58,279 nucleotides of DNA from Octopus bimaculoides (Eukaryota), in assembly GCF_001194135.2 (NCBI RefSeq), contig NC_068997.1, positions 6,294,670 to 6,352,948 of the forward strand, given 5' to 3'. Position numbers and translations under genes: made by a program. Below, piece by piece: positions 1-12,210 of the stretch (positions are counted from its first letter, which is position 1; each line of letters begins with the position of its first letter). The notes under the pieces were generated by a model. That model made no database searches and was not told where the DNA came from. It worked only from the letters and a program-made list of their open reading frames with translations.

Positions 1-78
1 GAAGGAGCGTGGACATATTTTTAATAAGGTAAAAAGTAATAAGGATGAAAGATTTGATGGAGATAAGTAATGATGATG

Positions 79-135
<57 letters not shown>

Positions 136-1661
136 GTAATAGTGACTGTTTCTAACATAGGCTCAGGGCCAGCAATTTGAGAGAGAAGTTAATCAAAATT
201 TATTGATCCCACTAATTGAATGGTAGTTTATTTTGTTAACCCCAGAAGGCCGAAAGACAACACTAATTTCTGTAGGATTTGAACTAAGAACGTAAAAATT
301 TGGAACCAATACCACGAAGTATTTTGTTTGATGTTTGATACAAGGCCAGAAACTTTGGTCATAACTTAGTTGTATTGACCTAAAAGCAAAACTTAAAATT
401 AGAGTTGAGGCTAAAAAAGAAAAGCCTACTTTTCATGCGTGGGGTGGGAGTATATCAATTTGATCTACCACCTCAATATTCTAATATAATCAATGTTTCT
501 TCTTCTCTTCGTTATTCTTGTTATAGTGCCTACTACTCCACTCTACGGCGCTTATCGTCATTATTTTTTGCATAGACAGCTTTACAATTATGTACTAATA
601 GCATAGATCAAATAGACTGGTTACTTTCTTTTTGTGCTTGCTCTATTATATAATAAATGTTGATCTGGATTATCCTTTGTTAACCTGTCTGCTAAGAATA
701 TATTACTTCTAAAGGATATTTTATCAAACAATGTTCACTTTATATTTATATTTGCATTCAGACGTTATCTTTTGTGTGGTATATAACTACGTCAAGTAAA
801 ACAGAAAGTCAGTTCTAGTTATTGCAATAAACTTGAGAATAACTGATATTGAAAGAATGGAGTACATCGGCTATATCCAATGTTGCGTGTAAGCGCAAAC
901 TATACGGAATTTCTATAAAATAATTTTGTATTCAAAATACGTCAACAATAACTTCAAAATCAAAGTTAAATGTAAATACGTTCCCTGAACATTGAACTAA
1001 TTGTAATGGGTTTGATTGCAGTTGGGTTTAATTATACTGACAACGAAACTGGTTCTATTCTTCACAGTCCTCTTGAATGTTGTTGATAATCATTTAGCGT
1101 ATATCAAATTACAGTCTTTACCACTTTTAACGAACATTAATTAATTATAAACTGTTTCTAATGCAAAATGTATCCGCTTTAATAGTTTCACTACACCAGA
1201 AATGATTATAATAACAAAGAGGAGGAAGTTAGTGAAACTAAGTGTTTCTCTCAGTGGATTTGTCAGAAACGGTTTTGTTAGAGAGGATGTAAAAGTAAAA
1301 ATATATTTATTGTTTTATTTATTTATTTAAATATATGTATATATAAATAGACAGACAGACAGACAGATAGATAGACAACGGCAGATAATATGGAGAAATA
1401 TTCACAAAGCTGCCAATAATCTTTGTTTCGTGAACAAATCCAAAGCTGGACTCGGCTTTTATCAGGAGCATAAAAGGAGGAATATTAAGTTGTTTAGAAT
1501 ATCAGTGCAAAGTTAAGTCTGCTATACATTTTTGTCACAAACTTAATGACGTTCCCCCATCATGATGAGCCAGAAGTTTCTATCCCTAGCTCCTCCTCCT
1601 CCTCCTCCTTTTCATACTTCTTCTTCTCCTTCTTTTTCTCGTTACTATATAGTTCCTCGGT

Positions 1662-2046
1662 GGAGACGCAATGGCCCAGTGGTTAGGGCAGCGGACTCGC
1701 GGTCATAGGATTGCGGTTTCGATTCCCAGACCGGGCGTTGTGAGTGTTTATTGAGCGAAAACACCTAAAGCTCCACGAGGCTCCGGCAGGGGATGGTGGC
1801 GAACCCTGCTGTACTCTTTCACCACAACTTTCTCTCACTCTTACTTCCTGTTTCTGTTGTGCCTGTAATTCAAAGGGTCAGCCTCGTCACACTGTGTCAC
1901 GCTGAATATCCCCGAGAACTACGTTAAGGGTACACGTGTCTGTGGAGTGCTCAGCCACTTGCACGTTAATTTCATGAGCAGGCTGTTCCGTTGATCGGAT
2001 CAACTGGAACCCTCGACATCGTAAGCGACGAAATGCCAACAAAACA
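1662..2046 (+). mobile_element. Full-length tRNA-derived SINE, family B (tRNA-Arg-like head; possibly an octopus OR-type SINE)
   Basis: Pol III A box TGGCCCAGTGG (1672) and B box GGTTTCGATTCC (1715), about 300 nt body, and a tail ending gcgacgaaatgccaacaaaacaaaa. Confidence 0.8.
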
Positions 2047-2076
2047 AAATATATTTCCTCTTGTTATTTGTATTTA

Positions 2077-2730
2077 GGGCGGCGAACTAGCAGAGTCGTT
2101 AGCACGCTGGGCAAAATAGTTAGTGCCATCTCGTCCGTCTTCACGTTCCAGTTCCACCGAGGTCGACTTTACCTTTCATCCTTTTGGGGTCGATAAAATA
2201 AATACTACTTAAGTACTAATGTTGATGCAATCGACTAACCCGTTCCCCAAAATTGCTGGCTTCGTGGCAAAATTTGAAATCAATATATTTGTATTTAGGG
2301 CGGCGGTGAGCTAGCAGGATTGTTAGCATGCTGGGCAAAATGCTTAGTGGTATTTTGTCCGCCTTTACGTTCTGAATTCAAATTCTGGCGAGGTCGACTT
2401 TGCCTTTCATCCTTTCGGGATCGATAAAATAAGTACATGTTGAACACTGGGGTCGATTTAATCAACTTAGCCACCGACCACCAACCTGACGGCCTTCTAC
2501 CAAAATGTAAACTAATCTGTGTCTTTCTTAAGGCGGTGAACTAGCAGAATCGTAAGAACACAGGGGAAAATACTTAGCGGCATTTCGTCCGTCTTTATGT
2601 TCTGGGTTCCAATGCCACCGGAATTGACTTTGCCTTTCATCCTTTCGGGGTCGATAAAATAAGTACCAATTGAGCATTGGGGTCGATGTAATCGACTGAC
2701 CTCCAAGTCTCTTGGGCCAAAATTTGAAAT
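2077..2730 (+). mobile_element. Three head-to-tail copies of tRNA-SINE family A (about 2077-2285, 2298-2510, 2531-2730)
   Basis: Each begins ggcgg(c/t)ga(a/g)ctagcag..tcgttagca and shares gaggtcgacttt(a/g)cctttcatccttt(c/t)ggggtcgataaaataa and ggggtcgat..aatcgact. Confidence 0.85.
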
Positions 2731-3499
2731 TGATATGTATGTATTTATTAATTAATTTCTGAGGATTCGTAAATTAAAAAAATAAATCTAGGATGTTTTC
2801 CAAAGACCAGTTACCCCCCCCCCCCCAATAATCCTTAACGTTGTTTCCAGTTTGTCTAGAATATATAGAAGTAAATTCTGAAGAAGTGGCATTACAACAT
2901 TTTGTTAGATTGCATTAGATTAACATTAACTGTGGATGGCTATCTCATATATCATAACTTTCTTTGGAAGAATACCATAGAATAGTTTTTGTTGCCTTCC
3001 TCTGGTACGCATGCTGAGCTATTATTATGCTTTCTTTCTCTCTTTTTCTTTTCTAGAGATGCCATATCATATTAACTTCTGTCTGTTTGCAAGTGGATAT
3101 ACTATCTTCTTAAGACGAGCAGCTTAGATAATAAAACAGAGGATTGTTTAAGTTATCTGTACACACAGATAGCGCCCGTAACGACATTCAAAATATCAAA
3201 TCAAAGAAACTAGTGAATCGCCATCGGCAATTTGCAAATCATTCAAAAAATGTTAAATGAAATGGTTATTAGTTACGGTTATAATGTCAAAAATTGTTTT
3301 AGTTTTCTTCGTGACTTATGGAGGCTTAAAAAAACAAAATACTTGTAATTACCTGACACAACTAAAAGTATTATTTACGCATCAAACAATTTTTACATAT
3401 AGAGCAAAAATGATATAAATAAGAAGAGGTAAAGAAAACAAACGGAGTGTATTAGGTTGCTCAGGAAAAATACGCTGTTCTACAGAAAGAATTGACGAG

Positions 3500-3760
3500 G
3501 ACAGAAAAGTAGAGAGAGAAAAGAACGAACATGTCTCGAAAAGACGGCCATCACCTACTGAAATTATTGGAAGTAGGAACGTGGTGAAGTAATGTTGTCG
3601 ATGGCGGAGAGATTTGAGATCAGGCATATTAGTAGGGCAAGTGAGGGGAAAAATAAGACAGAAAGTAGAGAAGGGAAGGAGTCGGGGAATGGTGGTGGAT
3701 TGTTGTGATACAAATCAACAGAGCACAGGTAAGATGCAGGAAGGTAATGATCGAAGCAGT
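3500..3760 (+). mobile_element. Possible decayed RTE-like 3' fragment
   Basis: HVSRKDGHHLLK and ILVGQVRGK echo the RTE GHV.R....L.K...G.V.GKR motif; many stops. Confidence 0.3.
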
Positions 3761-3985
3761 GTTTCACTAGTAATCCAAGTCATTGAGGGGCTGAGATAGT
3801 CTAAGAAGTGAGGTGGTCCGAGAGAGAGAAAGAAGTTCAGTCTCGACAGAATCCAACTGGGGCGACCCACGTGAGCGTATATTATATACGGTGCAAAACT
3901 TACAAAAATATCAGGAAGACGAGGAGAGAAAAAGTGGAGAGAGGAAAGAACAAACATGTTTCAATTAGACTGTCACTGCAAAAGA

Positions 3986-4042
<57 letters not shown>

Positions 4043-4619
4043 NNNNNNNNNNNNNNNNNNNNNNNNNNNNNNNNNNNNNNNNNNNNNNNNNNNNNNNNNN
4101 NNNNNNNNNNNNNNNNNNNNNNNNNNNNNNNNNNNNNNNNNNNNNNNNNNNNNNNNNNNNNNNNNNNNNNNNNNNNNNNNNNNNNNNNNNNNNNNNNNNN
4201 NNNNNNNNNNNNNNNNNNNNNNNNNNNNNNNNNNNNNNNNNNNNNNNNNNNNNNNNNNNNNNNNNNNNNNNNNNNNNNNNNNNNNNNNNNNNNNNNNNNN
4301 NNNNNNNNNNNNNNNNNNNNNNNNNNNNNNNNNATATATATATATATATATATATATATATACGCACATATGAGTACACAAACATGCGACGCCCGCCTAT
4401 GTAGGCATTGTATGTCTGCATGTACATATTTATATATGGATTTGTGAATGTACGTATTTGTGTCTGATGGATGGATGGATGGATGGATGGAAGGATGGAT
4501 AACTGCTCTTAATATTTTTCCACTTCAAGAAACATGCAACAGTCGCAAACTGTAGCGTCCGTAGATATTTTATGTTTTAAGAAATTAATTTAGATATTCT
4601 TTAGGATATTCTTACTTAC

Positions 4620-4912
4620 CCGTTTCACTGTGAATTAATTTGTGGTGAGAAAATTCCAGCCGTATGATCTCTTTCTTTTTACTGTCTTTAAATATTTCAA
4701 ATGTATCAACGTAATCTCCGAATGATAGACGGTCCACCGTAGTACCAGAAACCAGGAAACAATTGGTAAGATTCACCGTATACCTTACACTATGGCCGGA
4801 CATCAAAGCTCCTGCCAGACTAACCAAATCACGTAACTCCCAGGGTCCTATATACAGATTAGCTAACTTCGGTGAATCTTTCTGAAATTTTCGTGATCTG
4901 CCAAAACGTAAT
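4620..4912 (-). CDS. Exon 4 (293 nt): end of linker and N-terminal part of a probable VirK-like domain
   Basis: Acceptor ttattctgttgatttatgttccag|A and donor ACG G|gtaagt (phase 2 in, phase 1 out). 97 open codons: LRFGRSRKFQKDSPKLANLYIGPWELRDLVSLAGALMSGHSVRYTVNLTNCFLVSGTTVDRLSFGDYVDTFEIFKDSKKKEIIRLEFSHHKLIHSET. The pattern L..AL..G.SV...VNL..C ... F.I ... FSH.KL recalls the VirK family (PF06903). The domain call is from memory and less secure than the exon itself. Confidence 0.8.
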
Positions 4913-4974
4913 CTGGAACATAAATCAACAACAGAATAAGATAAAAATGCAAAATATAGTTAAACGTCTAAATA

Positions 4975-5145
4975 TTGGTTTCAAATTTTGGCACAAGGCC
5001 AGCAATTGCGGGAAAGGATACCCAATGTTCATCTAGTACTTATTTTATCGAATCTAAAAAGATGAAAGGCAAAGTCGACCTGGGCGTAATTTGAATTCTG
5101 AACGTAAAGACTGACAAAAAGCCGCTAAGCATTTTGCTCTCCGCC
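4975..5145 (-). mobile_element. SINE family A copy, about 60 bp upstream of the exon 4 acceptor
   Basis: Reverse complement of the family A core (gatgaaaggcaaagtcgac..ggcgtaatttgaattctgaacgtaaagac..ccgctaagcatttt). Confidence 0.8.
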
Positions 5146-5444
5146 TTAGTTAAACGTTTAAATATTAGTATATGTAATTACATAATTACATAATTACATA
5201 TTAATACATATAGTTACATATAATTACAAATATTGGTAAATCATATCTCTAGACACGAATGCTATCTAAACTGTTGTATGTAGTGCGTCACAAATATGAA
5301 GTTTGCAAGGTATTGTCACCTCTAACATGTTCATATATATATATACCGGAGTAAGCACATAAATGTGAAACAAGGTGGAAAAAAGAGTATTCAAATACCA
5401 GAGGTAGAGTAATATGCTTCATTTAAAAGCAGCAAAAATATAAC

Positions 5445-5491
5445 AAAAGCTGTTACTCAGAGTTTCTCGTTCCCGTTCGTCGGACAGTTTT
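5445..5491 (-). ncRNA. Decayed minimal type-I hammerhead ribozyme motif
   Basis: Minus strand AAAACUGU-CCGACGA-ACG GGAA CGA-GAAA-CUC U GAG-UA-ACAGCUUUU: stem I, core with U4>C, GNRA-capped stem II with one mismatch, minimal stem III and GUA cleavage triplet. Confidence 0.6.
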
Positions 5492-6614
5492 GTCAAAATA
5501 GAACAGAAATAACGATATGATCAAAACTAGTTAAAGAAAACACCTTTAAAAATGAATTTGTTTCATTGGTCCTTTCAATTAACGGTCTTGAGCATGCAAT
5601 GAACAAAATGAAGGAATTCAATATAAATTCATCCTTTTATAAAAAAAAAAAGGAAATAAAAAGTGAAGGATCAACCAGCATCAACAAAAGAGCTCAATTT
5701 CGTCTAATTTTCCTTCTCTTTATTTCAAAATATTGAAATTTCTTAAATATTAAATCATTTCCTTAGTTTCGTAGTTTAAAACTAATTCACCAGACTCATC
5801 TGCACTATTGCCCGACATATTGTTTTATTTTCAAATTGAAATTTTTGTGTAAATTTATTTTACGCGGTTTCACTGAGCTAATATCATGTTTCACCTAACT
5901 CACCGTTCCAAAGAACTCTAGCACTGTTTGCTAAGTTCTTACACTCTACTCTCCCCATTGCACTAAAATGATAACAGAAATCTTAGATAATGTTTTCGTA
6001 AAATAATAATATTTAGTTGAAACGAATGGACAAAACTTGTTGGCAAATAACAAACTGAATGTTTATCTTCAAAAGAACATTAGTTTGTTATTTTTTTTAA
6101 TCAACACCCCGTTGACATTTCCGTTACTTTTCGTTTTCCTAACCAAACGAAAATTCCAGGCATGTACATTTGGCATCAGTATTGTAAAATAAATTCCAAC
6201 AAGGAGGAGGAGCAATGTGATCTTTTGTATATGCAATAAAAATATCCTACAGACTTTATAAATAATTACGAAGGGCATCATGTAACAAGTGCAGTGCTTG
6301 TTGTCTCAGATATTTTGCAATAGAAAAACCTAAACTTTAAGAAAGAAATTTGAGATTGCTTATGAAATAGGAAAATACTAACTATGCGTACGATATATCA
6401 ATCATAATATGGCCAGAACTAGAGTGAAAGGACTAAAACACAGTTAAGCTAAGGCTGCAACTGAATAAGAAAAGCTTTGCGAAAAGTACGATCATCAGAA
6501 TTTTGCATTGACTTTCACTTAAAATGTCAGAAGCCATTGAATCAGTTGAGTGACAAAACATTACACAGAAAAAATAAAATATTAGGAAAGGTGAAGTTGA
6601 ACAAAAGCATTCTT

Positions 6615-6838
6615 TTCTTATTTCTTTACTGCCCACAAGGGGCTAAACATAGAGGGGACAAACAAGGGATTAAGTCGATTACATCGACACCAGTGCGTAA
6701 CTGGTACTTAATTTATCGACCCCGAAAGGATGAAAGGTAAAGTCGACCGCGGCGGAATTTGAACTCAGAACGTAACGGCTGACGAAATACCGCTAAGCAT
6801 TTCGCCCGGCGTGCTAACGTTTCTGCCAGCTGGTCACC
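6615..6838 (-). mobile_element. Well-preserved SINE family A copy
   Basis: atcgacaccagtgcgtaactggtacttaatttatcgaccccgaaaggatgaaagg..ggcggaatttgaactcagaacgtaacgg..gctaagcatttcgcccggcgtgctaacg; A-box and B-box-like motifs read on the minus strand. Confidence 0.85.
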
Positions 6839-7285
6839 CTCCTTTCTGCCTGACGTCGCTCTTCTAACCTAATAAAAGTTGTTGAATGAATGATCGTGGC
6901 GCTTTTATGAGGTTTCCAAAGCTGCAACTATCACGCAAGTTTCTTCTTGTCAAACCATATCAAAGACTTTTATAAGGCTTATGAATTCTACCGTCAGATC
7001 CATGTTCTATTCAGATTGACCTGTGTCCTTTTGAACCAACAAGGGAGTCACCACGAGAAGGTTTCCATATTCTGACCATCAAAATGAATAACGCGTTATA
7101 TGGTAGAAAGCGTCACACACTTCACTAGCGTCGTTCTTTGAAGAAAAACATCAGCAGCTGTCTAGAAAATAAAAAACCAATAGTTCTCTTATCAACTCTC
7201 CAAAACAGTTTGGACTTGAGTACGAATGTTCATGTACATCAAACTATTAATACTACAGCCACATGTTCGAAACATATCTAAGTTT

Positions 7286-7362
<77 letters not shown>

Positions 7363-7959
7363 NNNNNNNNNNNNNNNNNNNNNNNNNNNNNNNNNNNNNN
7401 NNNNNNNNNNNNNNNNNNNNNNNNNNNNNNNNNNNNNNNNNNNNNNNNNNNNNNNNNNNNNNNNNNNNNNNNNNNNNNNNNNNNNNNNNNNNNNNNNNNN
7501 NNNNNNNNNNNNNNNNNNNNNNNNNNNNNNNNNNNNNNNNNNNNNNNNNNNNNNNNNNNNNNNNNNNNNNNNNNNNNNNNNNNNNNNNNNNNNNNNNNNN
7601 NNNNNNNNNNNNNNNNNNNNNNNNNNNNNNATTGCAGACAAACTCGTCTTAGGGCTTCGAGTTCTTGTTCACATTATTGATGGAGCGGTTGATTTCTGTA
7701 TACGTATCGTTAAATGTGGACGATTTTCAAATAAGAGTTTTCTCAGCGAGGGAACAGGATGCGCCTCTAATATGCTAACTACGGAAATATCGAAATATGA
7801 GGCAACTTGCAAGCTGTTGTTTTATCTTCTTTACGTTTCGTTTGGTCCTTCCACTTTAAATATGTTGTATTACCTTTTAAACAACCTGATATATATATAT
7901 ATATTGAAAAAAGTCGTCAGAATTTTGGAAAAAACTTCTTTCATTTATTTTATACTTTC

Positions 7960-8145
7960 ATTTCGATATTAGCACTTTCGTTCGTCTTTACGTTCTGAGT
8001 TTAAATTCCGCCGAAGTCGACTTTGCTTTTCATCCTTTCGAGGTCGATAAATCAAGTACCAGTTACGTACTGAGATCAATCTAATCGTCCCTCTAATGGT
8101 CCCTCCCCCAAAACTTCGTGCCTTGTGCCTTTAGTAGAAAAGAAT
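7960..8145 (+). mobile_element. 5'-truncated SINE family A copy
   Basis: ttacgttctgagtttaaattccgccgaagtcgactttgcttttcatcctttcgaggtcgataaa core. Confidence 0.75.
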
Positions 8146-10097
8146 AATTACTAACGGTTAGATATAATACTTTTTTCGCTATATTGTGTATTTGTTTCTC
8201 TTTGTATCTGATATTTGTTTTTGACCTTCTGTTATAATGAAGCTGCATCCCTTAATTTGCTGCCTTTGTGTACAAATACCGAGAAGAAATTTTGTGGAGC
8301 AGACGTTATTTTAACGGTATAGAACTTGTAATCACCTGAGGAGATACATCTACATCAACGGATACATCTAAGCCAGAAGTTCGATGAGTGATCGATGCTA
8401 GATGGGTCGCCACAATTGTAGTGATCAATAAACTTTCTCGTATCTTCCATCTTCCTCATTAATCGAATATGTGTGTGTGTATTTTATTTTTTTACTTGTT
8501 TCAGTCATTTCACTGCAGTCATGCTGGAGCACTGCCTTAAAGGGGTTTTAAGTCGAAGAAATCGACTCCATGACTTATTTTTTGTAAGCCTAGCACTTAT
8601 TCTATCGGACTCTTTTGCCGTACTGCTAGATTACAGGGACGTAAACACACCAACATTGGTGGCCAAGCGATGGTTGGGGACAAACACCAGTTACGTACTG
8701 GGCTCGATGTAATCGACTTATCCCTTCCCCCTAAATGTCAGGCTTTGTACCTATAGTAGAAAGGATTATGTATAAAGATGCACACACACACACAGACTCA
8801 CATGCATGGCGAGGTCGGGGCTGTGCATGTATTTCCCTTCTGCTGATTTCTTACCCCTCCCACCCCTCATTCTCTCCCGCTTCCTGCTTTATGTCTATGT
8901 ATGAGTGTCTGTCTGTCTGTCTGTCTGTCTGTATGTATGTATGGGTGGCTGGCTGGTTTGAGGGATGTAATCACAGTCTACCTTATAGCTTTCATCAATT
9001 CTCTTATCTCCTCACTTTCCTTCTTCCTCCCATGTTACGCTCTGAAATCTGTTGAGATGGGTTTTATATTATCAAGACAATTTGCTAAATACAAGACATC
9101 ACACACAATGTTATCACCCTGAGACGAAATACTTACAACTCTGGAATGCTTCACATTTTTCTGTTTGTGATCTTGTATAATTGTTTGATATTTTTTTATC
9201 TTCTTGTTTATTTCTTCTAGCACTGCTGAGCAATCTTGTAAAATTCCCAGTGGAGACTTAGACGAGAGACAAAATTGCTCATTCAGTACTCTCCAGCTAT
9301 ATCTATATATCTGGTTTTTTTTTTTTTTTCATAGGCTTCTTTTCTATAAAGAAATATTTTACGTATGCATGCATACATACAAAAACTTTACTTCGCAATC
9401 ACGTGTTCAATGTTTGATTGTGCTAAATACCTTGTGCTTCGCGTTGCTCAGAACACGAATACTCTCTCCCCCTCTCCTTCTCTCTCTCTATATGTGTGTG
9501 TGTGTGCGTGTATATATATATATATATATATATATAAACAATATATGAGTATATGCATATATATGTACATGTATGTATATACGTTCATCTACATGTACAT
9601 ACAGATACATNNNNNNNNNNNNNNNNNNNNNNNNNNNNNNNNNNNNNNNNNNNNNNNNNNNNNNNNNNNNNNNNNNNNNNNNNNNNNNNNNNNNNNNNNN
9701 NNNNNNNNNNNNNNNNNNNNNNNNNNNNNNNNNNNNNNNNNNNNNNNNNNNNNNNNNNNNNNNNNNNNNNNNNNNNNNNNNNNNNNNNNNNNNNNNNNNN
9801 NNNNNNNNNNNNNNNNNNNNNNNNNNNNNNNNNNNNNNNNNNNNNNNNNNNNNNNNNNNNNNNNNNNNNNNNNNNNNNNNNNNNNNNNNNNNNNNNNNNN
9901 NNNNNNNNNNNNNNNNNNNNNNNNNNNNNNNNNNNNNNNNNNNNNNNNNNNNNNNNNNNNNNNNNNNNNNNNNNNNNNNNNNNNNNNNNNNNNNNNNNNN
10001 NNNNNNNNNNNNNNNNNNNNNNNNNNNNNNNNNNNNNNNNNNNNNNNNNNNNNNNNNNNNNNNNNNNNNNNNNNNNNNNNNNNNNNNNNNNNNNGTG

Positions 10098-10147
<50 letters not shown>

Positions 10148-11422
10148 ATGTGTGTGTGTGAGTGTGTGCCTGTTCGTGCGTATGTGTGTAAAACACACGC
10201 ACTCATGTTTACACATGTATGCGTACGTTCCTGTATAGACGTATGCTGTGGCTATTCAACAGCCGAAAGCCTACCAGGTATTGGGTTAGCCGTAGCTGTA
10301 CATCAGCTGTAGATCGGTGAGAAAATCGATCAAGCAGTGCTTTCGGACCAAGTTCCTTGCGATATTTATTCTGCTCAAATTGCACAAGCAATCTCTTGTC
10401 ACTGCCGTAAATGCAGTGAACCAGTCCTTAGCTCGTTAAAATCATGTAACCAACAGTACCAGTGTTCACAGTATGCGATATAAATAAATAAAACATGTGT
10501 TATTTGTTCTTATGTTTCGATACGAATAACATATATCAAAAAATGGGTGTAGAAAGATTGTAGAAAAATTTCAACCATTTGTTACAATTGAAGAACAAGA
10601 ATTTCTTATCCACCAAAAGAAGAAAGTAGTCCAAGGAAATGGCAGTACAAATGTCAGCGCCGTGTGTATATGTTTATTTCTGTCTAATTTTAAATTACTG
10701 ATTTAAAGTATGTCGGGTAGTAGCACGTGTACGTGAAAATAAGCCAATCCTTATCAGATGTTGTTAGTTTTTTGCTGACACTGGGGAAAATGATAAACAA
10801 CAAATTATTATATAATTACCACCCTAGCATTATCTTAATAAGGCTAATATTGTGATATTAAATCCCAATTCATACACCCACTTTCTAAATATGTGTTGAT
10901 AGTTATCACATGTGCAATCTCTACATGGTCCCTCACGTATATTTTGGTAGTTGTCTGTTTACATAATATCCATATTTCCATCTATGTATGTCAGTAAACG
11001 TGCTTGTGTCTACATACTCTTTTACTGTTGTCAACCACTGGACTGCGGCCGTGCTGCAGCTTTCAGTAGTTGAGCTGATCAGATCAGCCCCACTACGTAT
11101 TCCGATCCGATATTTATTCTATCACTTTACTGACCTAATCGCTAAATTACACATTTGTCACAAACAGACGCAGCTCGTCATTGATCTGCACCGAGAAACA
11201 CAAACACACAGAAACACAAACACACAGAAACACACACACACACACACACACACACGCGCGCGCTCACAGACATACACACTCACACACATACATTCAAAGT
11301 CAGGCACCTCAGATTTCTGCATAGTTTCCATCAGCAGTAAAGGATCCCGACTGGGATTAAAGTTGGAGCAAAGGGTGTTGACGTTTATGATATAATACAG
11401 TAAGTGTGCGTGCGTGCGTGTG

Positions 11423-11491
<69 letters not shown>

Positions 11492-11739
11492 CGCATCGCA
11501 TTTTACTTCCAACTCCGCACGCTCCTCCCAATCTACATTTTTCGATTCAATTTGCACTCCCCCACTCCCACCCCCTACATACCTCACACGCACACGCACA
11601 AATGCTCTACAATTATATAGTTACGAGCTGCAAAACATTTCTCTATTTAAAAGATGTGGAATTGTGTACATTATTTACATTATTTATTTTTGATGGATAT
11701 TTGTCCTCATCTTGTTTGTTGTTAACACAACGTTTCGAC

Positions 11740-12080
11740 TAAAACCACCAATAGAAGAGAATATGACCAAAGACTGCGTGTACTCCATCCCATGCAGCTG
11801 TTGTAGGTTATACAAAGGGGAAACATGTCGACTCCTCAAAATAAGGGTAGAGGAACATCGCAAAGCTGTGACACGAAGATATTGATAAATCGGGTATAGC
11901 TGATCACGCATGGAAAAATGGAGACCACCTCCCCCTGTGGGATGAAATTAAAATAATAGACAGAGAACACCACTGGAAAATACGAAAGCTAAAAAGAAGC
12001 AGCTCATATGCTAGGACACAACAACCTCCTAATCAGACCAAGTGCAGATATGAATAACATGGGAACCGGTATTAAGGAAG
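11740..12080 (+). mobile_element. Penelope-like element, GIY-YIG endonuclease region (frameshifted relic)
   Basis: KDCVYSIPCSCCRLYKGETCRLLKIRVEEHRKAV / IDKSGIADHAWKNGDHLPLWDEIKIIDREHHWKIRKLK / EAAHM: the PLE pattern VY.IPC..C...Y.GET.R.L..R..EH and S.IA.HAW; two frameshifts. Confidence 0.85.
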
Positions 12081-12124
12081 GATAGGAAAATATTAGATTT
12101 ATAAGCCCTAAAATTCACTCCATG

Positions 12125-12210
12125 ATTGCCCACGGGTATATGGTGTAGTGGTTAAGAGCGCGGGCTACTAACCCCAAGTTTGATTCCAGGAAGTGACCTG
12201 AATAATAAAG
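12125..12210 (+). mobile_element. Short tRNA-like SINE or tRNA pseudogene inserted just after the Penelope fragment
   Basis: tggtgtagtggttaagagcgcgggctactaacccc..gtttgattccagg..aataataa: A box, eroded B box and AT tail. Confidence 0.5.

Noticed and set aside
1662-1735. Functional tRNA gene at SINE heads (also 12125 and 32720)
   Set aside because: No complete acceptor or anticodon arms; each continues into a SINE body or AT tail.
9138-9215. Possible minus-strand exon ending |gtaagt in intron 3
   Set aside because: Weak acceptor, and no frame gives the phase 2-2 needed between exons 3 and 4.
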